This document shows, in pieces, positions 37,467 to 48,157 of a stretch of 64,000 bases of DNA (position 1 is its first letter; each line of letters starts with the position of its first letter). The stretch is from an uncultured Defluviitaleaceae bacterium (GTDB lineage: Bacteria > Bacillota > Clostridia > Lachnospirales > WRBF01), in the NCBI GenBank assembly GCA_964468805.1, contig CAYXWM010000006.1:557-64556 (forward strand). The letters run 5' to 3'. The translations under genes and the position numbers were made by a program. Under the pieces are notes generated by a model, which was given only the letters and a program-made list of their open reading frames with translations, was not told the origin of the DNA and searched no databases.

Positions 37467-37928
37467 ATGTCCGGCAACAACATTATTAAAACCGTAAGCG
37501 AATACCTTGTTCCCATTATGGAAGAAGGCTCCTTGGAGCTTTACGATGTTGAATTTGTTAAAGAGGGACGAAACCGGTATTTGAGAATATATATTGACAA
37601 AGATACAGGCGTTACCATCGACGATTGCGAATTTGTCAGCCGTAAAATCGAACAAATTTTGGACGAAACCGACCCTATCAGCGTACCCTATATTTTGGAG
37701 GTAAGCTCCGCAGGTATAGAACGTACTTTCAGAAAAGAAAGCGATTACACCAAATATATAGGCTCAAACGTAGAAATCAAACTCTATGAACCTTTAAACA
37801 ACAGAAGAAAATATGTAGGCGAACTACTGGGGCTTAAAGACGATGTTGTCTCCATTAAGGAAGAAGACGGAAGCGAAATCGGCTTTCCCAGACAAAACGT
37901 TGCAAAATGCAAACTGAAAATGTTCTGA
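37467..37928 (+). CDS. rimP: ribosome maturation factor RimP
   Basis: Position upstream of nusA. Motifs LYDVEF..EG..RYLRIYIDK and LEVSSAGIER. Confidence 0.9.
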   Translation: MSGNNIIKTVSEYLVPIMEEGSLELYDVEFVKEGRNRYLRIYIDKDTGVTIDDCEFVSRKIEQILDETDPISVPYILEVSSAGIERTFRKESDYTKYIGSNVEIKLYEPLNNRRKYVGELLGLKDDVVSIKEEDGSEIGFPRQNVAKCKLKMF

Positions 37929-38128
37929 TATATGACAGATGAGTAATTAAACAAAACAGTCCTTTTTTGTACGAAAATACGAACGCTTCGACGATTTTTC
38001 GTCACAAAAACAGATTGTATTAAAGTTAATTTACTTTACCGGTTGCATTAACATTCGCATTAATAATATACGATTAAATATAAAATTACAACCGTATTTT
38101 TTATCTTTATTAGGGAGGCGGTAGGAAA

Positions 38129-39463
38129 ATGAATAAAGGCACTGATTTAATTGAAGCTTTGAATCAGGTTGCAAAAGAAAAGAACATAGACAAGGAAATA
38201 ATTTTTGACGCAATCGAAACTTCATTGGTATCCGCTTGTAAGAAAAATTTCGGAACTTCACAAAATATAAAAGTAATTATAGACAGAGAATTGGGCGATG
38301 TAAAAGTTTTTGCCCAAAAAGAAGTAACCGAAGACCCAACGGACTTGAATTTACAAATATCACTGGAAAATGCACGTAAAATAAGCCCTACTTATGAATT
38401 GGGCGATTTGGTGGATATAGTGGTTACGCCGAAAAATTTCGGTCGTATTTCCGCTCAAACAGCAAAACAAGTGGTAGTGCAAAAATTCAGAGAAGCCGAA
38501 CGTGAAATCTTGTATAACGAATTTATTACCAAAGAAAAAGAAATAATGACCGGAATAGTCCAACGCAAGGACAGAAAAAATGTAATCATAGCCTTGGGTA
38601 AAATAGACGCACTCTTACCCCAGTCGGAGCAAATCCCTGGGGAAGAATACGATTTTCAAAGCAGAGTCAAGGTTTACGTTTACGAAGTAAAACAAACAAC
38701 AAAGGGACCGGTTATCAACGTATCCCGTACCCATCCGGAATTGGTTAAAAAATTATTCGAACAAGAAGTACCGGAAGTTTCCGAAGGTATAGTTGAAATA
38801 AAATCCATTTCCAGAGAACCCGGTATACGCTCAAAAATTGCCGTTTATTCCAATAACCCCAACGTTGACGCTGTGGGTGCCTGTGTAGGTCAAAACGGTT
38901 GTCGTGTTAATGTTATAGTTTCGGAATTACGAGGCGAAAAAATTGACATTATCAACTGGAGTGCCGACCCGAAACAATATATAGCCCAAGCATTAAGCCC
39001 CAGTAAAGTTTTGGCGGTGGCTTTAAACGAAGGCGATCAAAGTGCAAAAATCGTTGTTCCGGATAATCAACTTTCCCTTGCCATAGGCAGAGAAGGTCAA
39101 AATGCAAGATTGACAGCAAAACTCACAGGTTGGAGAATAGACATAAGAAGCCAAACCCAGGCAGAAGCCACAAACTTTATAAACTTCGAAGAAACCCAAG
39201 ATTTTGGCAGAGATGAAGAATATGAAGACGATTTCGACGGTAACGCTGACGAAAATTATGATGAAAATTTTGAAGATGATTTCGAAATTACAGAAGATGA
39301 CGAGTTTTCCGATGATTTTGATTTAACCGAAGAAGATAACAGGGATTTGGACGATGACTATCCGGAAGATTCCGAATTTGAAGATGACTTTGATTTCGAT
39401 GAAGATTATTCCGGTGAGCCGGAAGACGAACCCCACGATTTGGAAGACGATTCAGCCAAATAA
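38129..39463 (+). CDS. nusA: transcription termination/antitermination factor NusA with an acidic C-terminal tail
   Basis: S1 and KH regions (GACVGQNG.RV, LAIGREGQNARL). The last ~95 aa are D/E/F-rich. Confidence 0.95.
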   Translation: MNKGTDLIEALNQVAKEKNIDKEIIFDAIETSLVSACKKNFGTSQNIKVIIDRELGDVKVFAQKEVTEDPTDLNLQISLENARKISPTYELGDLVDIVVTPKNFGRISAQTAKQVVVQKFREAEREILYNEFITKEKEIMTGIVQRKDRKNVIIALGKIDALLPQSEQIPGEEYDFQSRVKVYVYEVKQTTKGPVINVSRTHPELVKKLFEQEVPEVSEGIVEIKSISREPGIRSKIAVYSNNPNVDAVGACVGQNGCRVNVIVSELRGEKIDIINWSADPKQYIAQALSPSKVLAVALNEGDQSAKIVVPDNQLSLAIGREGQNARLTAKLTGWRIDIRSQTQAEATNFINFEETQDFGRDEEYEDDFDGNADENYDENFEDDFEITEDDEFSDDFDLTEEDNRDLDDDYPEDSEFEDDFDFDEDYSGEPEDEPHDLEDDSAK

Positions 39464-39514
39464 CGATTAATTCTGTCTGTTTGGAATAAATCTGTATTAA
39501 GAAGGTGAATCGGT

Positions 39515-39775
39515 TTGAAGAAAATACCTTTAAGAAAATGTGTGGGTTGCATGGAAATGAAGGAAAAAACCTCACTTATTCGTGTGGTACGCAGTCCCGA
39601 AGGTGAGATTTTTATAGACAAAACAGGGAAGCATAACGGCAGAGGAGCTTATTTGTGTGCCGGTAAGGAATGTTTAAAGACAGCCCAAAAGAAAAAGTCT
39701 TTGGAGCGTTCCTTTAAAGCCCCTGTTTCCAAGGAAGTCTACGAAAGATTGGCAGAGGAGGCCGAAGGTGGATAA
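39515..39775 (+). CDS. ylxR: YlxR/RnpM (DUF448) RNA-binding protein
   Basis: TTG start with an AAGGTGA SD. PLRKCVGC and GRGAYLC motifs. Confidence 0.9.
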   Translation: MKKIPLRKCVGCMEMKEKTSLIRVVRSPEGEIFIDKTGKHNGRGAYLCAGKECLKTAQKKKSLERSFKAPVSKEVYERLAEEAEGG

Positions 39776-40103
39776 AAAAATTACTTCTTTGCTGAGTCTG
39801 TGTCAAAGAGCCGGTAAAATCAAAACCGGCGAGGACAGTTGCCTATCGGCTATTCGTTCCGGCGAGGCAAAGCTTATTCTTTTAAGCAGTGATGCTTCTG
39901 ATAACACAAAGAAAAGATTCAACGATAAAACCAAGTTTTATAATATCAAGCTGTTAACCATAGGTAACAGAGAGGAAATGAGCAAGGCAATAGGCAAGGA
40001 AAACAGGGTTACCCTGGCTGTTTGTGACGAACAGTTTGCAGCACAGATTATTATGCTACATGAAAGGACGCAAACGCATGAAATCGCAAGTATGAAAAAT
40101 TAG
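39768..40103 (+). CDS. ylxQ: L7Ae/YlxQ family ribosomal-protein-like RNA-binding protein
   Basis: GTG start overlapping ylx[15 protein letters not shown] and LILLSSDAS motifs. Conserved position before infB. Confidence 0.85.
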   Translation: MDKKITSLLSLCQRAGKIKTGEDSCLSAIRSGEAKLILLSSDASDNTKKRFNDKTKFYNIKLLTIGNREEMSKAIGKENRVTLAVCDEQFAAQIIMLHERTQTHEIASMKN

Positions 40104-40120
40104 GACACGGAGGTGGGCGA

Positions 40121-43081
40121 ATGCCGAAAGTTCGAGTGCATGAAGTCGCTAAACAATTAAAAATCAACAGTAAAATCTTAATAGATAAGTTGACTGATAT
40201 GGGGATTGAGGTCAAGAATCATATGAGCGCCATTGATGAAGGTCAGGCAAAAAATATTATAGAATACTATACAACAGGAATGAAACCACGCATGATGACA
40301 AACGAACCGAAAAATACGGATAACACCAAACAAGAAGCCGAAACCAAAGTTACGCAAGCACCCGGTCAACAGGTGCAACAACCGGCATCACAGCAAACAC
40401 AGGCAACACAAACACAACACAGTCACCATAATCAACATAATCAACAAAATCAACAACGTAATCAAGGTTATAATAAAAACCGTCAGCCCGGCAGTTATGC
40501 AGGCAACCAATCTCAACGAACGGACAACAGGCAACCGAGACAAGACAGACCTCAACACGACAGAACCCAACAAGGCGGTTCCGGTCAACAGTCTCAAAGG
40601 CCTCAATACGACAACAGACAAAACAGACCTTACTCTGACAGACAACAACAGGGCGGTTCCGGTCAACAGTCTCAAAGACCTCAATACGACAACAGACAAA
40701 ACAAACCTTACGGTGACAGACAACAATCCCAAGGTCAAGGTCAAAGCCAAGGTCAAGGTCAAGGCTACAGAGGAGACAATCGCCAAAATCAACAACGCAG
40801 CTACTCCGACAATCGCCAACAAACCGGTACTTACCAAGGCAACCGTCAAGGTCAGCAAAGAGAAGGTTACAGCGGAAGCAAACCTCCTTATCAACAACGA
40901 AGCAATCAACAGGGAAATGCTCCTCAACGCAGCCAAGGTCAACAATACGGTCAAGGCGGCAACCGTCCTCAAGGCCAAGGTCAAGGTCAAGGACAGGGAC
41001 GTCCCAATAACCGAAATTTTTCCGACCAAAAGGGTCCTCAAAGAAGCGGTCAAGGCTTCGGCAGATCCGGTGATTTTGGCGGTAAAAAATCCTCATTCCC
41101 GCTGTCAATACCGGTTCCTAAAATCGATGGAGAGCCTCCAAAAAAACGTATAGATCCCAGAAATGACCAAAAACCGCAAACGCCCTCCAAAAAGTCTCAA
41201 AAGAAATCCTTGAACGAAATTTTCCATCCAACACCCAAAAAGCCCAAAAAGCAAGCCAAAGCAGCGAAAAAGGCTTTGAAAGAGGCGGAATTGTTACAAC
41301 AACAAGCTCAAGCAGAAACAACCGAAGATATTTCTGTTGTTGTTTTGCCAAAATCCATGAAAGTTAAGGATTTCTCCGAAAAAATCAACAAGCCCGCTTC
41401 GGAAATAATAAAATTATTAATGAAACGAGGCGTTTTGGCTAATATTAATCAAGAAGTGGATTTCCACGCCTTGGCTAAAATCGCCGAAGATTACGAAATA
41501 GTTGTAGAACGCGCAACCGAAGTTGATATTTTGGGCGAAGCTTTTGCGGAAGAACTAGATGCTCCCGATGAATTGAAAGAACGTCCTCCTGTAGTTGTTG
41601 TTATGGGTCACGTTGACCACGGTAAAACATCGCTCCTTGACTGTATCAGAAAGACTGCCGTTACTCAAACGGAAGCCGGCGGTATTACTCAACATATAGG
41701 TGCTTATACCGTTTCCATTGACCAAAAGACAATTACTTTCTTGGATACACCCGGACACGAGGCATTTACGGCAATGCGTATGCGTGGTGCTCAAGTTACG
41801 GATATAGCCGTGCTTGTAGTTGCCGCAGACGACGGCGTTATGCCCCAAACCATTGAAGCTATAGACCATGCCAAGGCGGCAGGCGTTGAAATTATCGTAG
41901 CTATAAACAAAATTGATAAACCGTCCGCAAACCCCGACCGTGTTAAACAGGAATTGGTAGAATACGGATTGTTGGTTGAGGATTGGGGCGGTCAAGTAAT
42001 TTGTTCTCCCGTTTCAGCTACTACCGGCGAAGGTATAGACCATTTATTGGAAATGATTCTCCTTGTGGCGGAAATGAAAGAGTTAAATGCAAACCCCAAC
42101 AAAAAAGCCAGAGGTACCGTTATCGAGGCATTGTTGGATAAAGGACGCGGTCCTGTTGCAACCGTTTTGGTTCAAGACGGTACTCTTTCCATAGGTGACC
42201 CCATAGTTGCAGGTCAAGCCTTTGGTCGTGTTCGTGCCATGATGGATTACAAGGGCAAAAAGGTTAACAGAGCTTTACCCTCAATGCCTGTGGAAATTTT
42301 GGGTCTTTCCGAAGTTCCTCATGCAGGTGATGCATTCTATGTAGCACAAAACGAAAAACACGCTCGCCAAGTTGCCGAATCTCTCGTTGCACACGGTCGT
42401 GAAGAAATGGTTAAGGCTATGCCCCAGAAAGTATCCCTTGACGATTTGTTCTCTCAAATTCAGGCCGGTAACGTTAAAGATTTGAATATAGTAGTAAAAG
42501 CCGACGTACAAGGTTCCGTGGAAGCTATTAAAAACAGCTTGGAACGTCTTTCCAACGAAGAAGTACGTATTCGTACCATTCACGGCGGTGTTGGAGCAAT
42601 AACCGAAACAGACGTTATGCTTGCCTCCGCATCAAATGCTATTATTATCGGTTTTAACGTTCGTGCGGAAACTTCTGCCCGTTCGGTAGCGGAAACCGAA
42701 AAAGTTGACATAAGACTATACAGAGTTATTTATAACGCAATTGAAGATATTAACGCAGCTATGAAAGGTATGCTTGACCCTGTATTTAAGGAAAAAATTA
42801 TCGGTCATGCTGAAATCCGTCAAATCTTCAAGGCTTCCGGCGTAGGAAATATTGCAGGTGCCCATGTAACCGACGGTAAATTCACCAGAAACTGTCAAGT
42901 ACGCATTACCCGTCAAGGTAAGCTTATTTACGACGGTACACTGGATGCACTCAAGCGTTTTAAAGATGACGTAAAAGAAGTAAACGCAGGGTTTGACTGT
43001 GGTTTGCTCTTTAATAAACACAACGACATTATGGAACAAGATATAGTCGAAGGCTATATTATGGAAGAAGTACCCAGGTAG
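40121..43081 (+). CDS. infB: translation initiation factor IF-2 (986 aa) with an expanded Q/G/N/R-rich N-terminal region
   Basis: GTPase motifs [14 protein letters not shown] and NKID. The C-terminal domains are conserved. Confidence 0.97.
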   Translation: MPKVRVHEVAKQLKINSKILIDKLTDMGIEVKNHMSAIDEGQAKNIIEYYTTGMKPRMMTNEPKNTDNTKQEAETKVTQAPGQQVQQPASQQTQATQTQHSHHNQHNQQNQQRNQGYNKNRQPGSYAGNQSQRTDNRQPRQDRPQHDRTQQGGSGQQSQRPQYDNRQNRPYSDRQQQGGSGQQSQRPQYDNRQNKPYGDRQQSQGQGQSQGQGQGYRGDNRQNQQRSYSDNRQQTGTYQGNRQGQQREGYSGSKPPYQQRSNQQGNAPQRSQGQQYGQGGNRPQGQGQGQGQGRPNNRNFSDQKGPQRSGQGFGRSGDFGGKKSSFPLSIPVPKIDGEPPKKRIDPRNDQKPQTPSKKSQKKSLNEIFHPTPKKPKKQAKAAKKALKEAELLQQQAQAETTEDISVVVLPKSMKVKDFSEKINKPASEIIKLLMKRGVLANINQEVDFHALAKIAEDYEIVVERATEVDILGEAFAEELDAPDELKERPPVVVVMGHVDHGKTSLLDCIRKTAVTQTEAGGITQHIGAYTVSIDQKTITFLDTPGHEAFTAMRMRGAQVTDIAVLVVAADDGVMPQTIEAIDHAKAAGVEIIVAINKIDKPSANPDRVKQELVEYGLLVEDWGGQVICSPVSATTGEGIDHLLEMILLVAEMKELNANPNKKARGTVIEALLDKGRGPVATVLVQDGTLSIGDPIVAGQAFGRVRAMMDYKGKKVNRALPSMPVEILGLSEVPHAGDAFYVAQNEKHARQVAESLVAHGREEMVKAMPQKVSLDDLFSQIQAGNVKDLNIVVKADVQGSVEAIKNSLERLSNEEVRIRTIHGGVGAITETDVMLASASNAIIIGFNVRAETSARSVAETEKVDIRLYRVIYNAIEDINAAMKGMLDPVFKEKIIGHAEIRQIFKASGVGNIAGAHVTDGKFTRNCQVRITRQGKLIYDGTLDALKRFKDDVKEVNAGFDCGLLFNKHNDIMEQDIVEGYIMEEVPR
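40568..40723 (+). repeat. in-frame tandem duplication, 2 x 78 nt, inside infB
   Basis: GGCGGTTCCGGTCAACAGTCTCAAAG recurs at 40574 and 40652. It encodes [19 protein letters not shown][RK]PY[SG]DR twice. GGTCAA hexamer runs lie at ~40733-40765 and ~40972-41000. Confidence 0.9.
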
Positions 43082-43088
43082 GTGACTT

Positions 43089-43442
43089 ATGAAAACCGGT
43101 AATCGTATGACTCGTATTAACGAAGAAATTATGAAGGAAGTTTCTCAAATAATCCGTGGCGAGCTTAAAGACCCCAGGATTTCCACAGTAACTTCCGTTG
43201 TAAAAGTAGATACTACCAACGACTTAAAGTTTTGTAAAATTTTTGTTTCCGTTCTGGGTGACGAAGATCAAAAAAAATCGGTAATGCAGGGCTTAAAATC
43301 AGCAGAAGGCTTTATTCGCAGACAAATTGCCCAACGCATTAATTTACGTAATACCCCCGAAGTGATTTTCGTCCGAGACGATTCAATAGAATATGTTATG
43401 AGAATGAATAAACTTATAGAAGATGTAAACAAGAATTCTTAA
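43089..43442 (+). CDS. rbfA: ribosome-binding factor A
   Basis: R..R..E.....S.I....KDPR, and the conserved position after infB. Confidence 0.9.
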   Translation: MKTGNRMTRINEEIMKEVSQIIRGELKDPRISTVTSVVKVDTTNDLKFCKIFVSVLGDEDQKKSVMQGLKSAEGFIRRQIAQRINLRNTPEVIFVRDDSIEYVMRMNKLIEDVNKNS

Positions 43443-43490
43443 TATGAGTTCTTGTTGCATCACATATAACAAGTTTTTTAGGAGGTTGCC

Positions 43491-44468
43491 ATGAACCCCG
43501 AAAACAAAGATATTAAAGACATTCGTATGTTAATTACAAATTATGACAAGGTCGCTGTTGCAGGTCACGTCAATCCGGACGGAGATGCAATTGCTTCCTG
43601 TCTGGGGCTTGCCCTTTGTCTGAAAAAAATCGGCATACACCCTGTGGTTATATTGGAAGAATACAGCTCAAAATTTGATATTATCCCGGGCAAGGAAATG
43701 ATTTACAAAGGTGATATTGAAAGTTTGGACATAGACGCCATGATTTGCTTGGATTGCGGCTCTTTGGACAGGCTTGGGGATGCTGTAAAATTGTTCGAAA
43801 AAGCACCGGTTACTTTTAATATAGACCATCATGTGAGCAATACCCGTTACGCCAAATACAACTGCGTTAATGCAAAGGCTTCCTCTACTTCGGAAGTTGT
43901 ATTTGACATAATGAATAACCTAGTTCCCATAGATGAAGAAATTGCCTCTGCCCTTTATGCCGGTATAGTTTACGATTCCGGCGGATTCCGCCATAAATGC
44001 ACAACTGCCGATACCCATATTGCGGTAAGTAAATTAATGTGGTTGGACATACCCTTCTCTAAAATTTACAACACCATAATGTTTGACCGAACAATGCCCG
44101 TAGCAAAAAGTTTCGGAAAATCCTTATGTAATTTGCAGTCAGAAGGCAGCGTGTATTATACTTATATTACTACGGAAGAAATCCAAGCCTCCGGTGCAAC
44201 CGTTAAAGACTTGGACGGAACCGTGGACTATATTATCAGCATTACCGATGCCGAAGTTGCAGTTTTCTTTTATCAATTACCGGATAACCAAGTGAAGGCC
44301 AGTATGCGTTCCAAAAATGTGGATGTAAGCAAAATTGCCGGTATGTTTGGCGGCGGAGGTCATGTTCAAGCCTCCGGCTGTACCTTAACCGGCGACGTAA
44401 AATCAGCTGTTGCCGCTGTTTTGCCGGAAATCAAAAAAGCGGTTGAAGAATATGAAAAAAAATTATAA
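43491..44468 (+). CDS. nrnA: DHH/DHHA1 phosphoesterase (NrnA-like nanoRNase/pAp phosphatase)
   Basis: GHVNPDGDAIAS, NIDHH and GGGH motifs. Confidence 0.85.
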   Translation: MNPENKDIKDIRMLITNYDKVAVAGHVNPDGDAIASCLGLALCLKKIGIHPVVILEEYSSKFDIIPGKEMIYKGDIESLDIDAMICLDCGSLDRLGDAVKLFEKAPVTFNIDHHVSNTRYAKYNCVNAKASSTSEVVFDIMNNLVPIDEEIASALYAGIVYDSGGFRHKCTTADTHIAVSKLMWLDIPFSKIYNTIMFDRTMPVAKSFGKSLCNLQSEGSVYYTYITTEEIQASGATVKDLDGTVDYIISITDAEVAVFFYQLPDNQVKASMRSKNVDVSKIAGMFGGGGHVQASGCTLTGDVKSAVAAVLPEIKKAVEEYEKKL

Positions 44469-45387
44469 TTATAACGGCGTTCTAAACGTTTATAAGGAAA
44501 AAGGCTATACTTCACAGGATGTTGTTTCCGTGGTTCGGGGTATTTACGGCAAAGTAAAAGCCGGTCATACCGGTACCCTGGACCCGGATGCTTGTGGAGT
44601 ATTGCCTGTTTGCCTTGGACGTGCCACCAAGATAGCCTCCTATTTTTCCGACTCCGGCAAGGAATACAGGGCTGTTGTCAAACTGGGAGAAACCACGGAT
44701 ACAGAGGATGCTTCCGGAACGGTGCTGGAAACCAAACCGGTTGATTATAACGAAGAGCGTATTTTAGAAACAATAAATTCCTTTCAAGGGGAATACCTAC
44801 AAACGCCACCCATGTATTCTTCGGTAAAGATAAACGGTGAGCGTCTTTACAGCATAGCCAGAAAAGGCGAAACCATAGAACGAACACCCAGACTTGTTTA
44901 CATATATTCTGTGAAGGCAAGTCCTTTTGAGCATGACCTAAAACAAAAAAACATGTTTGAAATTACCGTTCATTGCTCCAAAGGCACCTATATTCGAACC
45001 CTCTGTGCCGATATAGGTAAAAAATTGGGTTGTGGTGCGCATATGTTTTCGCTGTTGCGTACAAAGGTGGGCAAACTATCACTGGAATCAGCCCAAACCT
45101 TAGATATGCTGAAAAAATCAACCTCACTTGAAGATTCGGTAATTCCCATGGATTATTGCATAAACAATATCCTTGATATAAAGAAAATAAATGTCCAACC
45201 TTGGGCAGATAAATATTTATATAACGGAAATAAAATTAAAACAGCGGCTGTAGTCGGCGAAATTCCTCAAGAAGGCGAACTTGTATCCGTTTATGATTCA
45301 AAGCAGCAACTTATAGGAATTTACGAATCCGGGACAGAATTATTGGTACCTAAAACAATACTTTACAGCCCCGTATCCGGAAACTGA
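44452..45387 (+). CDS. truB: tRNA pseudouridine(55) synthase
   Basis: GVLNVYKEKGYTSQDVV and the catalytic GHTGTLDP motif. The start is placed at the ATG 44452, overlapping the nrnA end. Confidence 0.92.
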   Translation: MKKNYNYNGVLNVYKEKGYTSQDVVSVVRGIYGKVKAGHTGTLDPDACGVLPVCLGRATKIASYFSDSGKEYRAVVKLGETTDTEDASGTVLETKPVDYNEERILETINSFQGEYLQTPPMYSSVKINGERLYSIARKGETIERTPRLVYIYSVKASPFEHDLKQKNMFEITVHCSKGTYIRTLCADIGKKLGCGAHMFSLLRTKVGKLSLESAQTLDMLKKSTSLEDSVIPMDYCINNILDIKKINVQPWADKYLYNGNKIKTAAVVGEIPQEGELVSVYDSKQQLIGIYESGTELLVPKTILYSPVSGN

Positions 45388-45462
45388 ATATAACTTTATA
45401 ATTTAAATTTAAAAATAGATCAATCTAAATACCCAAATCATCAATTCAAACCGGTGGTGCTC

Positions 45463-46035
45463 ATGACGCATATATTCGGAACAAAAATAAATCAACCCAA
45501 GGAAACGGCCGTTGCCATAGGCAGCTTTGACGGACTGCACTTGGGTCATATGAAGTTATTGGAGCGGGCAAAAGAACTTGCACAGGATTATAATTTAAAT
45601 TCCGTCGTCTTTTCCTTTTTCCCTCATCCACTCACCATCCTTAAAGGTGCGAAAATAGAGCCCATTCTCAATCCCGGAGAAAAGTTGGAGATTTTGGAGA
45701 GCTTTGGTATAGATGTTTTTGTTGAATATCCGTTTAACAAAGAAACCGCCGGGATGAGCCCGGATGATTTTGTCCGCAGGGTTTTGTCAGAACAGCTTAA
45801 ATGCCGTCATATTGTTATAGGCGAGGGTTTTTCTTTCGGAAAAGGCGGCAAAGGCAATCCCCAATTGTTACAAAATTTGGGAGAAAAACTGGATTTTAAA
45901 GTACATGTTATACCCCATTTTAAAATCCACGGACAAAAAGTAAGCTCAAGTGACATCAGAAACCTGATAAAATTGGGCAATTACGAAGAAGCAAATCTCT
46001 TACTGGGCAGAAACTTAAATTTTATCGAATCATAA
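45463..46035 (+). CDS. ribF: FMN adenylyltransferase (FAD synthetase) domain only; riboflavin kinase domain absent
   Basis: GSFDGLHLGH motif. The protein ends ...LLGRNLNFIES, exactly where the kinase domain of bifunctional RibF normally begins. No remnant appears in any frame of 46036-46187. Confidence 0.8.
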   Translation: MTHIFGTKINQPKETAVAIGSFDGLHLGHMKLLERAKELAQDYNLNSVVFSFFPHPLTILKGAKIEPILNPGEKLEILESFGIDVFVEYPFNKETAGMSPDDFVRRVLSEQLKCRHIVIGEGFSFGKGGKGNPQLLQNLGEKLDFKVHVIPHFKIHGQKVSSSDIRNLIKLGNYEEANLLLGRNLNFIES

Positions 46036-46187
46036 AACAGTGTTTTTAAAAATAATATTATTACATGAAATACACAGTAATACTGTTTCTTTTAAACGAA
46101 ACCGGTATAATATATTTAAAAACACAGTACGTCTAAGTAAATTCCGAAAATCGGGTTTTACTGAAACGGCAGTAAACGAGGTGTTAA

Positions 46188-46997
46188 ATGGACTTTATCC
46201 AAGACATAATTCAAGCTATAATATTAGGCTTGACTCAAGGCCTTGCGGAGTTTTTGCCCGTCAGCAGTTCGGGCCATATAGCCCTGTTGCAAAAACTTTT
46301 TGGCGTAACCGAGTCTACCTTAACATTTAATATAATTTTACATTTTGGAACCTTGATTCCTGTATTAGTTGTGTTCAGAAAGGAAATACTGTCCATTATA
46401 AGGCGACCGTTCCAGAAGATGACCCTGTTGCTTATAGTTGGAACCATACCGGCAATCTTGGCGGCTCTTTTTATAGACGGCGACTTTATGGATGCCTTGG
46501 ACAAGAACGCCACATTTTTGGCAGTAGGCTTCTTTTTGACCGGTGTGTTGTTACTTTACGCGGACAATATTATTTCGGGTGACAAAAAAGAAAAAGACAT
46601 TACATATTTTGATGCACTCTTTGTTGGTATAATGCAGGCTATAGCCATAGCACCGGCTATTTCCCGTTCCGGCAGCACCATTTCCGGCTCACTGTCCAGA
46701 AGATTTAATCGCCAAACAGCGGCTCGATTTTCGTTTCTTTTATCCGTTCCGGCCATTTTGGGAGCCGTTACTTTGAAGCTGAAAGAGTTTATTTCCGGTG
46801 ACATAATTATTGATAAAAGCGAATATCTTCCCATTGCTATAGGTTTTGTGGCAGCGGTGATTTCCGGATTCTTCGCCATCAACTTTATGCTTAAACTGGT
46901 GAAAGAGTGTAAATTAAAATATTTTTCTTACTATGTATTCGGACTTTGTGGTATTATATTAATCGACCAAATTTTCTTTAAAGCCATATTCGTATAA
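46188..46997 (+). CDS. uppP: undecaprenyl-diphosphate phosphatase
   Basis: GLTQGLAEFLPVSSSGH and PAISRSG.TISG motifs. Confidence 0.92.
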   Translation: MDFIQDIIQAIILGLTQGLAEFLPVSSSGHIALLQKLFGVTESTLTFNIILHFGTLIPVLVVFRKEILSIIRRPFQKMTLLLIVGTIPAILAALFIDGDFMDALDKNATFLAVGFFLTGVLLLYADNIISGDKKEKDITYFDALFVGIMQAIAIAPAISRSGSTISGSLSRRFNRQTAARFSFLLSVPAILGAVTLKLKEFISGDIIIDKSEYLPIAIGFVAAVISGFFAINFMLKLVKECKLKYFSYYVFGLCGIILIDQIFFKAIFV

Positions 46998-47108
46998 TAA
47001 AGTTTGGCTATAAAGACACAATGTTCAGGGCATTTTAAAGATGTTGGATTAGATATTCTATAAAATTAAGGTTTAGCATCAGCTATTACAAAAGAGAGGT
47101 TTACTTCA

Positions 47109-48128
47109 ATGAAAGATAAATTACCGGAAATCAGACAATTCCTGCAAAAATCATTGGAAAAAGCCAATGATTTAAAAGCTCTTGAAGATTTGAGGGTAAA
47201 ATTGCTGGGTAAAAAGGGCGAGTTAACATTATTGTTAAAGAGTCTCAGCAATGTTTCAAAAGAAGAACGTCCGGTTTTGGGTCAACTTGTAAACGAAACA
47301 CGTACATTTGTTGAAGAAAGCTTGGACAATGCCAAAAAAGTTTTACAACAACAAGTATTGAATTTAAAACTTGCTGCCGAAAGAGTGGATGTTACCATGC
47401 CCGGTAAAGTGAAAAACCTGGGTCATAAACATCCCATGAGCACAGTTTTGGACAGAATTATTGAGATATTTATGGGCATGGGTTATTCCATAGCCGAAGG
47501 TCCCGACGTGGAAACCGACTACTATAACTTCCAAGCTCTTAATATTCCCAAAGACCACCCTGCCAAAGATGAGCAGGACACCTTTTACGTAGAGGGCGGC
47601 TTCTTATTAAGAACCCAAACCTCACCTGTGCAAGTACGTACCATGGAAAAAGGCGATCTGCCCATAAAAATTATCTGCCCGGGACGTGTTTACCGCTCCG
47701 ACGAAGTGGATGCAACTCATGCACCCAACTTCCATCAAATTGAGGGCCTGGTAGTAGACAAAGGCATTACCATGAGCCATTTGAAAGGAACATTGGAGGT
47801 ATTCGCAAAAGAAATGTTCGGTGAATCCACTTCCGTTCGTTTCAGACCTCACCATTTCCCATTTACGGAACCTTCGGCAGAAATGGATATAAGTTGCTTT
47901 TCCTGCGGCGGTTCCGGTTGCAGAGTTTGCTCCGACAGTGGCTTTATAGAAATTCTGGGTTGCGGGATGGTTCATCCGGAAGTTTTAAAAATGTCCGGCA
48001 TAGACCCAACGGTTTACTCCGGTTTTGCCTTTGGTATGGGTCTTGAACGTATAACCATGCAGCGTTATAATATCAACGATTTACGTCTGTTATATGAAAA
48101 CGACGTTAAGTTCTTAAAGCAATTTTGA
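47109..48128 (+). CDS. pheS: phenylalanine--tRNA ligase alpha subunit
   Basis: Class II motifs (FLLRTQTSPVQ, GRVYR.D, GFAFGMGLERI). Confidence 0.95.
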   Translation: MKDKLPEIRQFLQKSLEKANDLKALEDLRVKLLGKKGELTLLLKSLSNVSKEERPVLGQLVNETRTFVEESLDNAKKVLQQQVLNLKLAAERVDVTMPGKVKNLGHKHPMSTVLDRIIEIFMGMGYSIAEGPDVETDYYNFQALNIPKDHPAKDEQDTFYVEGGFLLRTQTSPVQVRTMEKGDLPIKIICPGRVYRSDEVDATHAPNFHQIEGLVVDKGITMSHLKGTLEVFAKEMFGESTSVRFRPHHFPFTEPSAEMDISCFSCGGSGCRVCSDSGFIEILGCGMVHPEVLKMSGIDPTVYSGFAFGMGLERITMQRYNINDLRLLYENDVKFLKQF

Positions 48129-48157
48129 TCCTAAACAAAGGATAATAGGTGATTGTT

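Noticed and set aside
40350-41153. Three long ORFs (252 aa and 221 aa on the minus strand, 218 aa on the plus strand) overlapping the infB 5' region
   Set aside because: They lie entirely in the low-complexity CAA/GGT repeat tract of infB and encode repetitive, Cys/Val/Leu- or Thr/Lys/Asn-rich nonsense. They lack SD sequences. They are artefacts of the repeat having no stop codons in other frames.
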